Shown here piece after piece: positions 1 through 14,149 of a stretch of DNA of 64,000 nt. Each line of letters starts with the position of its first letter. Positions within the stretch are counted from its first letter, which is position 1. The notes under the pieces were generated by a model that saw only the letters and a program-made list of their open reading frames with translations, was not told the DNA's origin and made no database searches. A program made the position numbers and the translations under genes. Source of the DNA: Octopus vulgaris. Its lineage: Eukaryota. The stretch covers positions 29,450,001-29,514,000 of the forward strand of contig OX597842.1 in NCBI GenBank assembly GCA_951406725.2. The letters are read 5' to 3'.

Positions 1-207
1 TCTCTATGTAATCCCAAGGTTTAAAACAAACTTTTTTTTAAATTTATGTATTAGACATTCACTAGTACAACACCAAAAAAAAACAACCAAATATATGGCA
101 CACTAGGCATAACAACAACGTGAACTTCCAACCTGTTGTCTCTTGAGGTCTCTGGGTGAGACTTGGAGCCAACTCGTACAAACATAAAGCAAAAGTCAAA
201 CATATAA

Positions 208-227
208 CAATAATAATAATAATAAAA

Positions 228-285
<58 letters not shown>

Positions 286-294
286 CTACTGAAT

Positions 295-333
<39 letters not shown>

Positions 334-350
334 GTAATAATAATAATAAT
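208..350. repeat. (AAT)n microsatellite
   Basis: Direct read of an interrupted aataataat run; it produces the poly-Asn ORF 156..365. Confidence 0.95.
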
Positions 351-529
351 AAAAACGGTCGTTAATTATACAATAACCCAGTATATTTATATAGTTGTAT
401 GGATGTGAGGGTGAATGTGAGAACGGGAGGGAGAAAGAGAGAAAGAGAGTGAGTGTGTGTGTGTGTGTGTGTGTGCGGCCCGGTGTGTTTGTGTGTGTGT
501 GTCTGTGAGTTAATTAATGTGTCTACCTC

Positions 530-730
530 GCAGACACGCCGTACAAAATACTTAGCAGCATTTTTTGTCCGTCTATACGTTCTGAGTTCAAATTCCGCCG
601 AGGTCGACTTCGCCTTTTATCCTTTCGGGGTCGATAAAATAAGTACCAGTTGAGAACTCCGGGGGTCGATGTAATCGACCTGCACCCTCCTCTAAAATTC
701 CTGGTCTTGTGCCAAAATTTGAAATCAATA
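530..730 (+). mobile_element. tRNA-derived SINE fragment (family B, MetaSINE-like core)
   Basis: B-box GAGTTCAAATTCC followed by GCCTTTTATCCTTTCGGGGTCGATAAAATAAGTACCAG. The same core recurs at 17342-17572(-), 18830-18990(-), 21790-21900, 32495-32640 and 57590-57750. Confidence 0.75.
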
Positions 731-867
731 TAGTGATTTCGTTAAACGCATTGATTACATTACAGGAGTACAATAGCCATCTTGGGCTTTTTATTCCCAC
801 ATTAAAAGTTTTCAACCCAACATTTGTTTCTGCTAGTGTATATTGCTTATTGTTTTTATGTCAAGCT

Positions 868-946
868 ATACACACACACATGCATACATACATACATACA
901 TTCATACATACATACACATGCATACATATATACATACATGCATGCA

Positions 947-980
<34 letters not shown>

Positions 981-1104
981 CATACATACATACATACATA
1001 CACACACACACATACATACATACACACACACATACATACATACATACATACATACATACATACATACATACATGCATACATACATGCATGCATACATACA
1101 TACA

Positions 1105-1135
<31 letters not shown>

Positions 1136-2655
1136 GCATACATACATACATACATACACACATACATACATACATACATACATACATACATACATACATA
1201 CATACATACATACATACATACATACATACATACATACACATGCATACATACATACATACATACATACATACATACATACATACATACAACATGCATACAT
1301 ACATATATACATTCATACATACATTCATACATACATACATACATACATGCATACATGCATACACACATACATACATACATGCATACATGCATACATACAT
1401 ACATACATACATGCATGCATGCATACATACATACATACATACATACATACATACATACATACATACATACATACACACACACATACATACATACATACAT
1501 ACATACATACGTGCATGCATGCATACATACATGCATGCATGCATACATACATACATACATACATACATACATACATGCATGCATACATACATACATACAT
1601 ACATGCATACATACATACATACATACATACATACATACATACATACATACATACATACATACATGCATGCATACATACATACATACATGCACACATACAT
1701 ACATACATACATACATGCATGCATGCATACATACATACATACATACATACATGCATACATACATGCATGCATGCATACATACATACATACATACATACAT
1801 ACATACATACATACATACATACATACATACATACATACATACATACATACATACATACATACATACATACATACATACATACATACATACATACATACAT
1901 ACATGCATACATACATGCATGCATGCATACATACATACATACATACATACATGCATGCATACATACATACATACATGCATGCATGCATACATACATACAT
2001 ACATACATACATGCACACATACATACATACATACATGCATGCATGCATACATACATACATACATACATACATACATACATACATACATACATACATACAT
2101 ACATACATACATACATACATACATACATACATACATACATACATACATACATACATACATACATACATACATACATACATACATACATACATACATACAT
2201 ACACACATACATACATACATACATACATACATACATGCATGCATACATACATACATACATACATACATTCATACATACATACATACATACATGCATGCAT
2301 ACATACATACATGCACGCACACATACATACATACATACATGCATGCATACATACATACATACATGCACACATACATACATACATACATACATACATACAT
2401 ACATACATACATTCATACATACATAGATACATAGATACATACATACATACATACATACATACATACATACATACACACACACATACGTACATACATACAT
2501 ACAAACATACGTACATACATACCCTGTTGTTGATGTTGAAATTTCAGTGAAGGAGCCTTGCATCTCGGTTAGAAACCGGTTCTTTCTTTATTGGCAAGAA
2601 ACCGTGAAATAAACTGAATAATGACATACACACATATATAATACATACATACATT

Positions 2656-2687
<32 letters not shown>

Positions 2688-2786
2688 CATACATACATAC
2701 ATACATACATACATACATACATACATACATACATACATACATACATACATACATACATACATACATGCGTACATACATACATACAT
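868..2786. repeat. ~1.9 kb (ACAT)n array with CATG/ACAC variants, interrupted at 2521-2624
   Basis: Direct read; source of the HTYI/MYVC ORFs on both strands. Confidence 0.97.
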
Positions 2787-2946
2787 AATGAAATAAAAGG
2801 ATTTCCTCAGTACTTTTTAGTAGAGTACATGTTTATGAAATTTTGTAAAGAAAAAGGTAGACAGTGACTTCGACGTTTCGGATGATAGTTTGATGACTGC
2901 GAGCAGGCCGAACCTTTTGAAGTTACTGTGTTTTTTTCCTTGAAGT

Positions 2947-2967
2947 ACACACACACCCACACACACA

Positions 2968-3041
<74 letters not shown>
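2947..3041. repeat. (CA)n microsatellite
   Basis: Direct read. Confidence 0.95.
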
Positions 3042-3045
<4 letters not shown>

Positions 3046-3489
3046 GAGATACTGTGCAAGCGCAGTACGAGCTACTACGTTAAAATTTTTGGTTCGCAAC
3101 CACGCGGTCCCGGTTTCGATCCAACTGCATGGCATCTTTGATACATATAATTTTCTATGTAGACTGGCATTGGCCTATACCTTGTGAAGGAAATTTAATG
3201 GGACAGGAACGGTAGAATGAGTGGACAAATGAAAGAAAAAAGGCACTCAACATATTTTGTAGGAGTTACTTGTATTATTAATTAAAGCAGTCTGTTTCGG
3301 CTCCATGCGACATTGAGTTTCCTAGGATTCTTACAGAAACCTAGCTCGTTCAGACGAAGATTACAGAAATTGTTAACCTGAACCAGAACCAGCTAGGATT
3401 CTGTAAAAATTTTACGAAACTTTAAGTCGCATAAAATCGAATCAAACAGTTTTTAAAATAATAATAATGATAACAACAACAACAATAGT

Positions 3490-6400
3490 GGTTTCTTTAT
3501 TTGCCTCCAGAGCGAAGGATGAGGGAGACAATATAAAAACAAACATAAAGTGTTGGGGTTTGCATATAATGGGATAATAAAATAAAAAAGTATACTCGGT
3601 ATACATTAGAAGGAGGAAAATATACATAGTATATGACACTAAAAAAAGAGGGAAAAAGAGTCGTGACGAGATCGCTCTGATTCAGGAGGGCCTCTAGGGA
3701 TAATCAGAGAACCCCCACCACCCAAGGTCACCCTGAGTAATAAGGACGAGACCCCACTCCAACTGCCTTTTTCCGACTCACGGGTCTATATTGAGAGGAG
3801 TACCATCCATCTTGCCATTATCGTAACTTTCACCCAACTTTTCATAAATTCACCCGAGAACAATACCTCCCTCTCCACCCTCACTTCCTTTCCAAGTGAA
3901 ACTAGAAAATGTCGATGAGGGCTTTACCAAAGAGGAAAGTTTGTGTCCTCATTCCTTTCAACCTCGTCCTCCATATAACCTCTGATGCCACAGCCACCAA
4001 ACAAAGGAAAACTGTCTTGCCAGGCCGATTAAAGGACGCGTTCCAATGGTCAAGCGGTCGATCTTCTGCCAACTTCCTTTGCGTGGCGGCTTAGGAATAC
4101 CATAGATTTTAATACGCAGCCAAACACTCGGGTTGCGCCACCTGCATCGATTTCTAGACGGTGAACGTGTGTGGGCTCCGTTTGTGAGACACGGCGGGGA
4201 TTCATCATTATGGACTCGGACGACAGACGGATCTGACCTACACGCGACATAACTCCGCAAGTCAGCAATGTCCGGACACTGAAAGTCTGACAGCGCATCT
4301 GTGCCTGTACAGTTTATCTTGAACTGGTAGCGCCCCCCCCCCCCCGGTAGGCCAAAGACATCTGGAAATTATTCATAACAGTCCCCGACCGGACAGGCCT
4401 CCAGAATAGATTTGCCAGTGAGTCTTCGTCGACACCTGGGGCCACCCCGAGGAGGACGTCGTCGCATTTCCCCGCTACCAATCCTCTATAAATATTTAAA
4501 GTGGAACATCCACCGATCTTGTTGCCCGACTTGTTGAGGACAGTGAGCGCCTGACGATATTCTAAGTGCCAGGCACCCAGCCTCGGCCTATCCTTTACCC
4601 AGGACTGCAGCACTGTCAAGGAGACGAGCTGCGGAAAGGCGTGTCTCACAAACGGAGCCCACACACGTTCACCGTCTGGAAATCGCTGCAGGTGATGCAA
4701 CCTGAGTGCGTGGCTGCGCATTAAAATCTATGGTATGCCTAAGCCGCCACGCAAGGGAAGTTGGCAGAAGACCGACCGCTTGACCATTGGAACGCGTCCT
4801 TTCCACAAGAAAATAAACAGATACGCTCCAATCTAATCAAGCAGTAACTGGGGAAAGGTACAACGGTCAGACGATAAATAATGACAGAGGCGACGTAGGC
4901 ATTCGTTAACTCTGCCTGACCTCTCAGGGACAACTTCCACTCTGTCCATTTCTGTGTAAGAGAGGTCACCCTGTTTGTTACCTCTTCCCAATTCTTATCC
5001 ATCTGGGAGCCGGGGCAAAACAACACCCCGAGCAGTTTCACTGGTCCGTCAGTCCAGCGCCCGACGGCATCGATCTATCTCTCCAGGTGCCCAATCGTAA
5101 TCCCACCGACTTGTCGGCATTGATTTCAGCCCTGCAATCACTCATATTCCTTCACAATGGAGCCGACCGTCTCCACTTCGGAGGTGTCCGACACCATGAC
5201 GGTGATGTCTTCCGTTTATGCAGACACTGCCCTCCCGAGTCCAATTTGGAAAGGAAAGCCTCTTAGCTGTTCCAACTTCCGCAACAGTGACAGCCAGCAC
5301 ATACAGAGGAAGTGGCAGCGGGCCGCCCTAACGGACCTAACATACGGTTCCGATAAGTGGCCATTTACTTTGACCACCGAGCAGGTACCGTTGTGAATTG
5401 CAGCAATCCAACCTCTGAAAACGGGTCCGAAACCGGCCGCTTTAACGATGGCTTCCAAGTAGCGAAGGCTGCCAAACAAATCTAGCATGAAAACAGAATT
5501 CGTAGAACAACCATCCAAATTTCAGAGGATTTTCGCACAATAACAGCGCCCGTCACCGAGAGCCGTGATATGCCGTCTAGGTACGAAGTAAATTTCACTG
5601 TCGTCGTCGGCCCATCATCCTCCCCAAACAGCCACGCAAAGTGCTGCTGAAAAGCCGCACATATCTGCTCAGAACCGAGTAGCACGCGTCCGTCCCGATC
5701 TGTGAAAGACTTGATCGTGTTTTTTGTTCAACGTCACGTCTCTACCGTTCGGGTTCATCGGACGGCTTTAGTTCCTTCGTGTTTTAGCGCAGGGGCCTTA
5801 GCTCTGGCGACGCACCCTCTGTATTTCGCTTTAAAGAAATGGTGAAGGGCCATTCTCGCCGCTAACACGTCGGTCGCAATGCCTTTACTAGTAACCTCTT
5901 CTAATTTGCTAACTTGATTTCCCTCTCATCTATTTCTTTCTTTTTTTTGGGGGCTAAATCTTTGCTAAACGCTATCGATTCTACTCTAATCGCCCTCTTC
6001 AGAGCGATCCACCACCGGCTGTAGACGATTGCCCCCGTCAACTGCCGCTTAATTAGTTCGCTAATCCGATCCCTGTAGTCTTTACGAGCCGGTAAGGATG
6101 CATCCTACTTCCAGTAACCAGGTCCCTGTATACGGGTCCTATCTAAGTCAACTGCGCATATCACAAATTTGTGATCTGTGTAGCTGACCAATTTAAATTG
6201 TGGACAACCTATGCTATCCCTTCCTCTGACCTAACAAATACTCTATCTAAATACGATCTCGATGACCTTTATGTCCACACTGGCACATCAGGGAAATCCA
6301 GTTGGTATATGCCAGAATGTTGGTAAGTGCTGAGTAGGTTTTCGAGGCTTTTACATCCCCTTCTACTATGTACTAATGCCACACAGTCCTTCCGTGCATT

Positions 6401-7570
6401 CAAAATACTATTCCAGTCCCTCACTAGTACTAAAGTGCGCGACGTTCCCAAGAATGTTTCCAGACGTCTGAAGAAATCTGGCCTTCCAGCTCCTGTTGGG
6501 CATAAATCGCCACTAGTCTAAAGGCACCACCTTCACTACCTTTCATGTCCAGGACCTCCAACCTACCATCCGGATCCAGGAAAATTTCCAGAGTAGTACT
6601 CTCGATAGACCAGAAGATGAGAATACCTCGTAGTCTTCGAAAATAGATGCTAGAGCGTGTTTTCCGAAGATCCTTGTTTTACTAATGGCAGTCACATCAA
6701 ATCAAGTGACCTGAGATCATTAAGCAAGTGACCTTGCTTCCAAGCCGATCCCATGCCACGCACATCCATACCCCCCATTCTCAGCACAGCCATGCTAGTA
6801 GGAGAAAGAAAGTGAGGAGGTTACTCACCTTGGTTTTCGAGGGGCTTTGATGGATAAAGTTCGTGCTGGAGTCTCGTGCACTTGTTTATGATTTAGCACT
6901 TGTGGTACTTGTAATGTTGGCTGTAGTGATACTTCATTTTTCTTTGTTTTAGGGCAGGAAACCTTTAAGCATTTTACAGATCCGCATTCATGGCGTCTTG
7001 GCTTCGACCCTCCAGGAACAGTGACAGGTGAGTACTATCCGGGAGATCGATTAGATCAGGTAACTGGTCGATATGGTCCTGCTTGCATTGCAAGATCAGT
7101 TCCACACCTATACCTAACTAGTTTTGCTTAGGTAGTTTCTTGACCTCCAGTATTGTGACTTCGTCTCCTTCTGAACCCGCCAAGACGGTCGCCACTCACC
7201 AGGAAATGGATATTTCTGGCGGCACATTCAGTATCTGAATCTAGGGGATTAATAAAAAGTTGTGATTCTTCAAAGTGGTTGCGCAATTACATTTAGCTTC
7301 TTCTTCTTCCGTCCCAAATCTCGCCTCAATGGTTCCAAGCTTCTTTCCTCGGCTGATGTGGGTCTTTTGTTCCCACACACGCCCAAAACATTTTTCCTAC
7401 CCGCCCAGACTTAACTCCGATGCAACAGTATGTGACCATACGTCTTGCGATATTTTCTATCACGTTGGATGGAGGGTTTAGAGCTACCCTTCTTACATCT
7501 TTTTTTAACAAATTTTCTAGCAAATTTGAATTCTTCTTCATCTGTGGAAGCACTCCATAATTTTCGTCGC
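3490..7570 (-). mobile_element. Degenerate near-full-length Tx1/L1-clade LINE (ORF1 relic, APE endonuclease, RT, C-terminal region)
   Basis: Minus-strand fragments: APE-like LVLVRDWNSILNARKD (6269-6451); RT-like FGPVFRGWIAAIHNGTCSVVKVNGHLSEP (5216-5518); KLLGVLF...WKLSLRGQAELTNAYVASVIIYRL (4739-5041); degenerate zinc-knuckle HECGSVKCLKVSCP near 6950-7000; 3' end AATAAAGAAAC at ~3491-3501. Many stops and frameshifts. Confidence 0.8.
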
Positions 7571-7704
7571 TGACGCAAAAGAAACAGGGGTGATAAACTT
7601 AGATAAACTTAGATATGTTTCGACCAAAGATTGGTCCAGGCCATGTCTAACTTAATAGCACCACCTGATAGGATTATTCGAATCCTGTTTAAGTCAAGTT
7701 TTGT

Positions 7705-7945
7705 TTAAGTCAAGTTTTGTTCAAGTAGTGAGTTCTTGTTGGGTGAGTTGTATCCAATTATGGGTGGCTTATCTGGTATTCTCTGAAGGAATCTAGCCAG
7801 ACTCTGTTTAAAGTTGATGGGATCCTTTTCCTCTTTGATCTCCCTCGGGACAATGTTAAATAGGGCAGGGCCTGTTGAGGAAAAGAAATTATGTTGCAGT
7901 GTACATGTATGTTGTGATCTTGAATTGGGCAGGGGGCGTATGGCC
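7705..7945 (-). mobile_element. CR1-like LINE 3' end fragment
   Basis: ORF 7705..7950 (FFSSTGPALFNIVPREIK...FKQSLARFLQRIPDKP) matches the C-terminus of the element at 38682-39510 (GFKGPQLFNILPKSLR...FKSKLDIFLSRVPDEP). Confidence 0.75.
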
Positions 7946-8253
7946 TGCATTTTTATGTTTTATTTCTTTCGTATTTTTGTTGCTGCTGTTGTTGTTGTTG
8001 TTGTTACTACTGCTGCTGCCGCTGCTGCTGCTGTTACTGTTGTTCTCTTCGTCGACACCCACACCCTAAATGTTGACGTTGCTTAAATGCGAAACATTTT
8101 TCGCCCCGGTAACGTCGTTAAATTTAGGCCATTCCATGTTGATATTCTCATTTACTTCCATGGTCTCAATATTTTTCATGTAGCGAATTCCTTTATCGAA
8201 CATTATGATGACTTCTTTATCAGCCATATTTAAAAATTGCAGAAAATTGTGAC

Positions 8254-8608
8254 GGCGCAGGAGTGGCTGTGTGGTAAGTAGCTTGCTAATCAACCACATG
8301 GTTCCGGGTTCAGTCCCACTGCGTGGCATCTTGGGCAAGTGTCTTCTGCTATAGCCCCGGGCCGACCAATGCCTTGTGAGTGGATTTGGTAGACTGAAAC
8401 TGAAAGAAGCCTGTCGTATATATGTATATATATATATGTGTGTGTATGTGTTTGTGTCTGTGTTTGTCCCCCTAACATTGCTTGACAACCGATGCTGGTG
8501 TGTTTGCGTCCCCGTTACTTAGCGGTTCGGCAAAAGAGACCGATAGAATAAGTACTGGCGGTGCTCCAGCAGTCAAATGACTGAAACAAGCAAAAGAGTA
8601 AAAGAGTA
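8254..8608 (+). mobile_element. tRNA-derived SINE, family A
   Basis: GGCGCAGGAGTGGCTGTGTGG A-box, GGTTCAGTCCC B-box, internal TA/TG tract, tail ...GAAACAAG(T/C)AAAAGAG. Many copies in the window. Confidence 0.85.
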
Positions 8609-8809
8609 TACGTGTTTTTGCCGAAAGCAGTTAAAATTCAAAAATGCTTTATGCACACCCTATGCAAAACAGCGGGTATTTCTACACAAAAACACTCTCT
8701 GCACAATCCAGACAATTTCTGAAATAACGGAAATGAAAAGATATAAAATGAGAAGGCCGAAAAGATTACAAATACGTTTTGAACTTACTGAGCACCAAAT
8801 TTCTGTGTG

Positions 8810-9379
8810 CCCTGATGCAGTACCAGGCAGTGGCTCTCATGGCTTCTGATCTTAACTGATTGGAAGTGTTATCATGTACATTGTTTTGTCTTGGTATAAA
8901 AGATGGGTTTTACAGCAAATATTCTGCTCAATACCACAGATTTGCTTGTCAGTTGTTTGACCTTAACCAGTTGAGCATGTCCCTTAGTGGCTGACGATAT
9001 GTGCATCTTTGATCACGAGTAGAAGTAGTGGGGGAGCATCATAGCCGTGTGATGAGAGGAATTCTTAGAGGTTTGGATAATTCACCTTTGGAAACATGGG
9101 TAGTTCGTTCAGCATCCTTAATCCTTATTTAGGGACTTTTTCAGTGGGATGGGCTACTTGACCAGAAGAAAATTCTAACTGGGCCCTACCACAGATTTGC
9201 TTGTCATGTGCTGTTTATCTTGATATGAGATCACCATGTCGCGCACATATGGTTGTGATGCATGTGCCTGGTGTACCCTTATCAGACAGGTAGTCATGAT
9301 GGGTATACTGGGCTTCGTATCTTTTGCTCCTGTGACACTTTGATGGCACGCACTGCTCTTTCACTGAATGATGATGATG

Positions 9380-9453
<74 letters not shown>

Positions 9454-9925
9454 GCTCAATACCACAGATTTGCTTGTCAGTTGTTTGACTTTAAGCAGTT
9501 GAGCATGTCCCTTGGTGGCTGACGATATGTGCATCTTTGATCACGAGCGGAAGTAGTGGGGGAGCATCATAGCCATGTGTTGAGAGGGATTGTTTGGGGT
9601 TTGAATTGTTCACCTTTGGAAAAATGGATGATTCTTTCAACATCCTTAAACAACCCTTATTCAGGGACCTTTTGAGTGGGATGGGATACTCAACCTGAAG
9701 AAAATTCTAACTGGGCCCCACCTGCAAGGTCATGCACTGTTTATCTTGATATGAGATCACCATGTTGCGCACATATGGTTGTGATGCATGTGCCTGGTGT
9801 ACCCTTATCAGACAGGTAGTCATGATGGGTATACTGGGGTTCGTATGTTTTACCCCAGTGTCACTTTGATGGCACACACTGCTCTTTCACTGAATGATAA
9901 TAATAATAATAATAATAATAATAAT
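8810..9925 (+). mobile_element. Two tandem copies of a retroposon 3' end, each ending in (AAT)n
   Basis: 8924-9365 and 9452-9895 are closely similar (CTGCTCAATACCACAGATTTGCTTGTCAG...GCTCTTTCACTGAATGA), each followed by an AAT tail. Confidence 0.75.
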
Positions 9926-10504
9926 ATAGCCATTCTTTGATAATTGTAGGGTCACCATACCCGCAGCACAACATCTATTGTCACCTAAAAGGTGACCCAA
10001 ATCGAATGTAATGATAAAGGTATGGGTGTTGTTTTAGACAAGCTCCCTCCTTACCTCGCATTACTGCTGTTATTATTGTTATTGTTGTTGTAATCGACTG
10101 GTCCCCTCCCCGTAAATTTCAAGGCCTTGTGCCTTCAGTAGAAAGAATTGCTGTTGTTGTCGGTGGTGGTGGCAACGTTTAGCTCCAGATCGGCTCTTAT
10201 TAGGCAGTTGTATTATGATTAAAGGCTTTCCAGCCGTGACCATATCCCTTTGTGTATATATAGAACTGCATTCATCATCCCATGTGCTCTTCTCTTTTTC
10301 TTTCTTTTAAGACAGTAGGATTAGATAATTGAAGATTTGGCTGCTATTTCTTGCAGATCGAGTGACTTCTGTGTGTGTTGGCGCTGTTGTTGTTATTTGT
10401 CTCTAGGTCAGTCCTCGTTACTAAGGCCTGTGATGAAAAGGCGTTCTTGCCGTGACCATCAAATAATTTTATTAAAGGTTACGTTATCCTGTGTGTTCTT
10501 TATG

Positions 10505-10660
10505 TTCTGGGTTCAGTCCCACTGCGTGGCACCTTGGGCAAGTGCCTTCTACTATAGCCCCGGGCCGACCAAAGCCTTGTGAGTGGATTTGGTAGACGGA
10601 AACTGAAAGAAGCCCGTCGTATATATGTATATGTATGTGTTTGTGTGTTTGTGTGTGTTG
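10505..10660 (+). mobile_element. 5'-truncated SINE family A between 120-bp direct repeats
   Basis: GGGTTCAGTCCCACTGCGTGGCACCTTGGGCAAGTG... Flanks 10383-10503 and 10663-10783 are near-identical. Confidence 0.75.
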
Positions 10661-10881
10661 TTGCTGTTGTTGTTATTTGTCTCTAGGTCAGTCCTCGTTG
10701 CTAAGGCCTGTGATGAAAAGGCGTTCTTGCCGTGACCATCAAATAATTTTATTAAAGGTTACGTTATCCTGTGTGTCCTTTATTTTTAAAAGCTGGTTGT
10801 GTGCATTTTGACAAAGATTTAGTTCCGATTTTTAAAGAGCCAAGCAACAAGGTAAAAGGGTCCCTTGTGTTTGTGACTTAT

Positions 10882-11245
10882 TGGCTGTGTGGTAAGTAGC
10901 TTGCTTACCAACCACATGGTTCCGGGTTCAGTCCCACTGCGTGGCACCTTGGGCAAGTGTCTTCTACTATAGCCTCGGGACGACTAAAGCCTTGTGAGTG
11001 GATTTGATAGACAGAAACTGAAAGAAGACCTGTGTGTGTGTATGTGTACGTCTGTGTTTGTCCCATCATCGCTTGACAACCGATGCTGGTGTGTTTATGT
11101 CCCTGTAAATTAGCGTTGTAGAAAGGAGACCGATAGAATAAGTACAGGATTTATTACAAAGAATATGTCCTGGGGTTGATTTGTTCGACTAAAGGTGGTG
11201 CTCCAGCATGGCTGCAGTCAAAATGACTGAAGCAAGTAAAACAAT
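10882..11245 (+). mobile_element. SINE family A
   Basis: Matches 8254-8608 along its length. Confidence 0.85.
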
Positions 11246-13048
11246 ACACATTTTTATACTGATAAATTTTCATTTCCATATATAGCTATATGTATCTATT
11301 TTCATTCAGCAAGTTTATTAATGAGATCAAAGCTTGGCAAAAGCGTAGAGGAGATAAGGTGTCTGCCTAAATTGGGTATAGGTCTGATTGTAATTATTTT
11401 ATACTTACTATTTAGTAATATGGTTACTTTACATTTTGAATTTTGATATGACACTGAAAAATCCTAAATGTTAAATTTTACTCTTAATTCGCTTGAAGAA
11501 AACGTTTTCTTTAATTAACATAATTGTTTTGTTCATCAATAAAGAACACGTCTGAAACAGCTGTAGTGAACCTCAGCCCATCTGTGATATGATTTATATT
11601 TATGTATATGGTGTGTTTTCATTGTCCAAATGCTTTCTCTTAACTAATTCATGAGATACTAACGTTTGTTTTCCTCTTTTTGCTGTCTGCTATAATAGCC
11701 GAGTTAACCCATTCCAACCCTTTCTATTTTTTAAAAGTATTTTGGTAAGCTCATCCACAATAACGATAAACCCTACATTCACGAAAGAGGAAAAACTCAC
11801 AACAGACCTCATTACATACAAAACACATAAACCCTTGAAAAACAAAACGGAAACCCATGTAACAGATGTGACCCCACATTACAATAAATGAAGGCTTAGA
11901 ACCCCCCAAAATATCTTACAGTATTTAGTTGTATCATTTGCAGTTCTCTGTTTTGGGAATTTTATCCATCTGTGAAAGAGTGTATACGACACAGTACCAG
12001 TCATGTACTGCAACCAATTAAACCCACCATACCAACTCCCTATAGTTTATGGTCTTATATTAATATCAGAAACTACGGTTACATTTGTATTTAACTAGAA
12101 TGTGTCATTTTTAAAATAAAATTATCAAAGAAAAGGACGAGAGGAATTTTTTAAAGATGGTCTTCAATTGAAAAAATAAATTGAACGAATAAAAAAAAGG
12201 TGAAAAAATTAGAGAAATCTCTGTTGATTTTCTGGTCAGAAGAAAGAATTTATAGTAAATACTGTAGCTACTTTTCTTTTAAATTCTTCAACATCGAGAA
12301 TTGGTTCAGACAGAGAAGAAATTTAAGGAAAATAATCCCTAAAAATAAGAAGGATTAAGAAAGGAAAATGAAGCCGGTGAATCATTTGAAATTTGAAGAG
12401 AGAAAAAATCAACAAGAGATGATTTATATTTCTGAACGGTTAGTATTTATATTTCCGCTTGAAGATTCCACAATTGCACAGTAGTTACCCTTACGCATAT
12501 ACCAGTACCTTGGTGTTAGTTTCCTTCCAGCTTCCAGCAATAATCCCTTCACTAATCTTTGCTAATTCTCCCTGCCTATCAACCCGTAGAACCTTTTACC
12601 CACCTACACCTCTTTATTGTTTATGTTCAGATATATGTTTTCGCCACTCCTTTTCCTCCTTGCAACAGGCTTATATAATTGCCTTTATATTTTGTGTTGA
12701 CACCGTCTTTAGTGTAAACGTTGTCATGTTTTATATTCTTTATAATTTAACAAAAAAAAAAGACTGCCTATATACACATATGCACACACATATATGCATT
12801 TTCTTTTACTGAAACTGAATATTTGCTTCACGACTCGAGTTCCGTGTTACTATGTTCTTCAGGTGAGAAACTCTAGTAACGAGACAAAGCCTCGGTTTCA
12901 GTTTGAAGGAATGGAAATTAACCCATCTCTTCTGCAACTTGTACTGAGCAATACTCTCTTATTCGTCTGATCTAAAACCAACCAACACACACACACACAC
13001 ACACACGCACACATACACACACACACACACGCACACATACACACACAC

Positions 13049-13092
<44 letters not shown>

Positions 13093-13184
13093 CTACATAC
13101 TTTCATTTATAGCTTTGTCTACGCGTTCCATTTTTAAAATGATTTGCTTCACGTCAGTTGAATTTTCTAAATTCTTATGACATA

Positions 13185-13185
<1 letters not shown>

Positions 13186-13233
<48 letters not shown>

Positions 13234-13238
13234 CCTAC

Positions 13239-13276
<38 letters not shown>

Positions 13277-13277
13277 G

Positions 13278-13340
<63 letters not shown>
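13186..13340. repeat. (CTAT)n/(CTGT)n microsatellite
   Basis: Direct read. Confidence 0.95.
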
Positions 13341-13361
<21 letters not shown>

Positions 13362-13975
13362 GAAGAGCTATTTTCATCATCCTTGTGGCTATGGCGAAAG
13401 AATGTATCTGGTGGACGCGTCTGAAAGGATTGGAGACAAACACTTTCCTCTCTGGTCAATCTCTCATCAACTTCTTCAAGTACCACTTGAAAAGGAAAGT
13501 GAGAGTAGAGAGGCAAGTTTTGTCTAGCGAATGTTTAAAAAAAGATGGGTGAATGTAGCAAGGATGGCACGTATGAATGACGAAGCCACCTTGACTATGA
13601 TTCTATGAACCGTAAAAATTAATACAGAGAGTTGCTTATTTGCAAAAAAAAAAAAAAAGAAATATAACATGTGACTTCATTGACCGAGGTTACCGTGGTC
13701 TTTTCCGTAGGCTTTTCTTTCCACGGGTAAACCTCACCTGTCCTCCCCTTTACACTTCATATTGACATTTCTGTGATAATGATCCCTATTGATCAACTTT
13801 TTTTTCCTCCCCCCTCCCTTTTTTAAAAATTTTATTCCCCCCTTTTTTTGTCCTCTTTCTTTCCCTTTACGATCCCTTTCGATCGAAAACCAAATCCCAT
13901 TTTTTTTACCCCCATAAGAAAAGCTTTTGTAATTTGTCCTGTCTGTGTGCAGCCCTGTGTGGCTAATAAAGAAAC
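13341..13975 (+). mobile_element. 5'-truncated Tx1/L1-like LINE 3' end within a (TCTA)n tract
   Basis: 13430-13575 aligns with the reverse complement of 3805-3960 (...CACTTG(G/A)AAAGGAA...GTGAG...GCAAGATGG). Ends GTGGCTAATAAAGAAA; (TCTA)n on both sides. Confidence 0.75.
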
Positions 13976-14011
13976 ATATCTATTTATCTGTCTGTCTGTT
14001 TGCCTCTCTGC

Positions 14012-14042
<31 letters not shown>

Positions 14043-14079
14043 TCTATCTATATTTATCTATCTATCTATCTTTCTTTAC

Positions 14080-14149
<70 letters not shown>

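Noticed and set aside
709-2786. 400-600 aa ORFs on both strands (HTYI/MYVC repeats)
   Set aside because: Translation of an (ACAT)n microsatellite that lacks stop codons; not genes.
8254-8330. tRNA genes at SINE heads (also 34180-34250, 40996-41050, 58998-59065)
   Set aside because: A/B boxes are present but the cloverleaf is incomplete and each continues into a repeat body.
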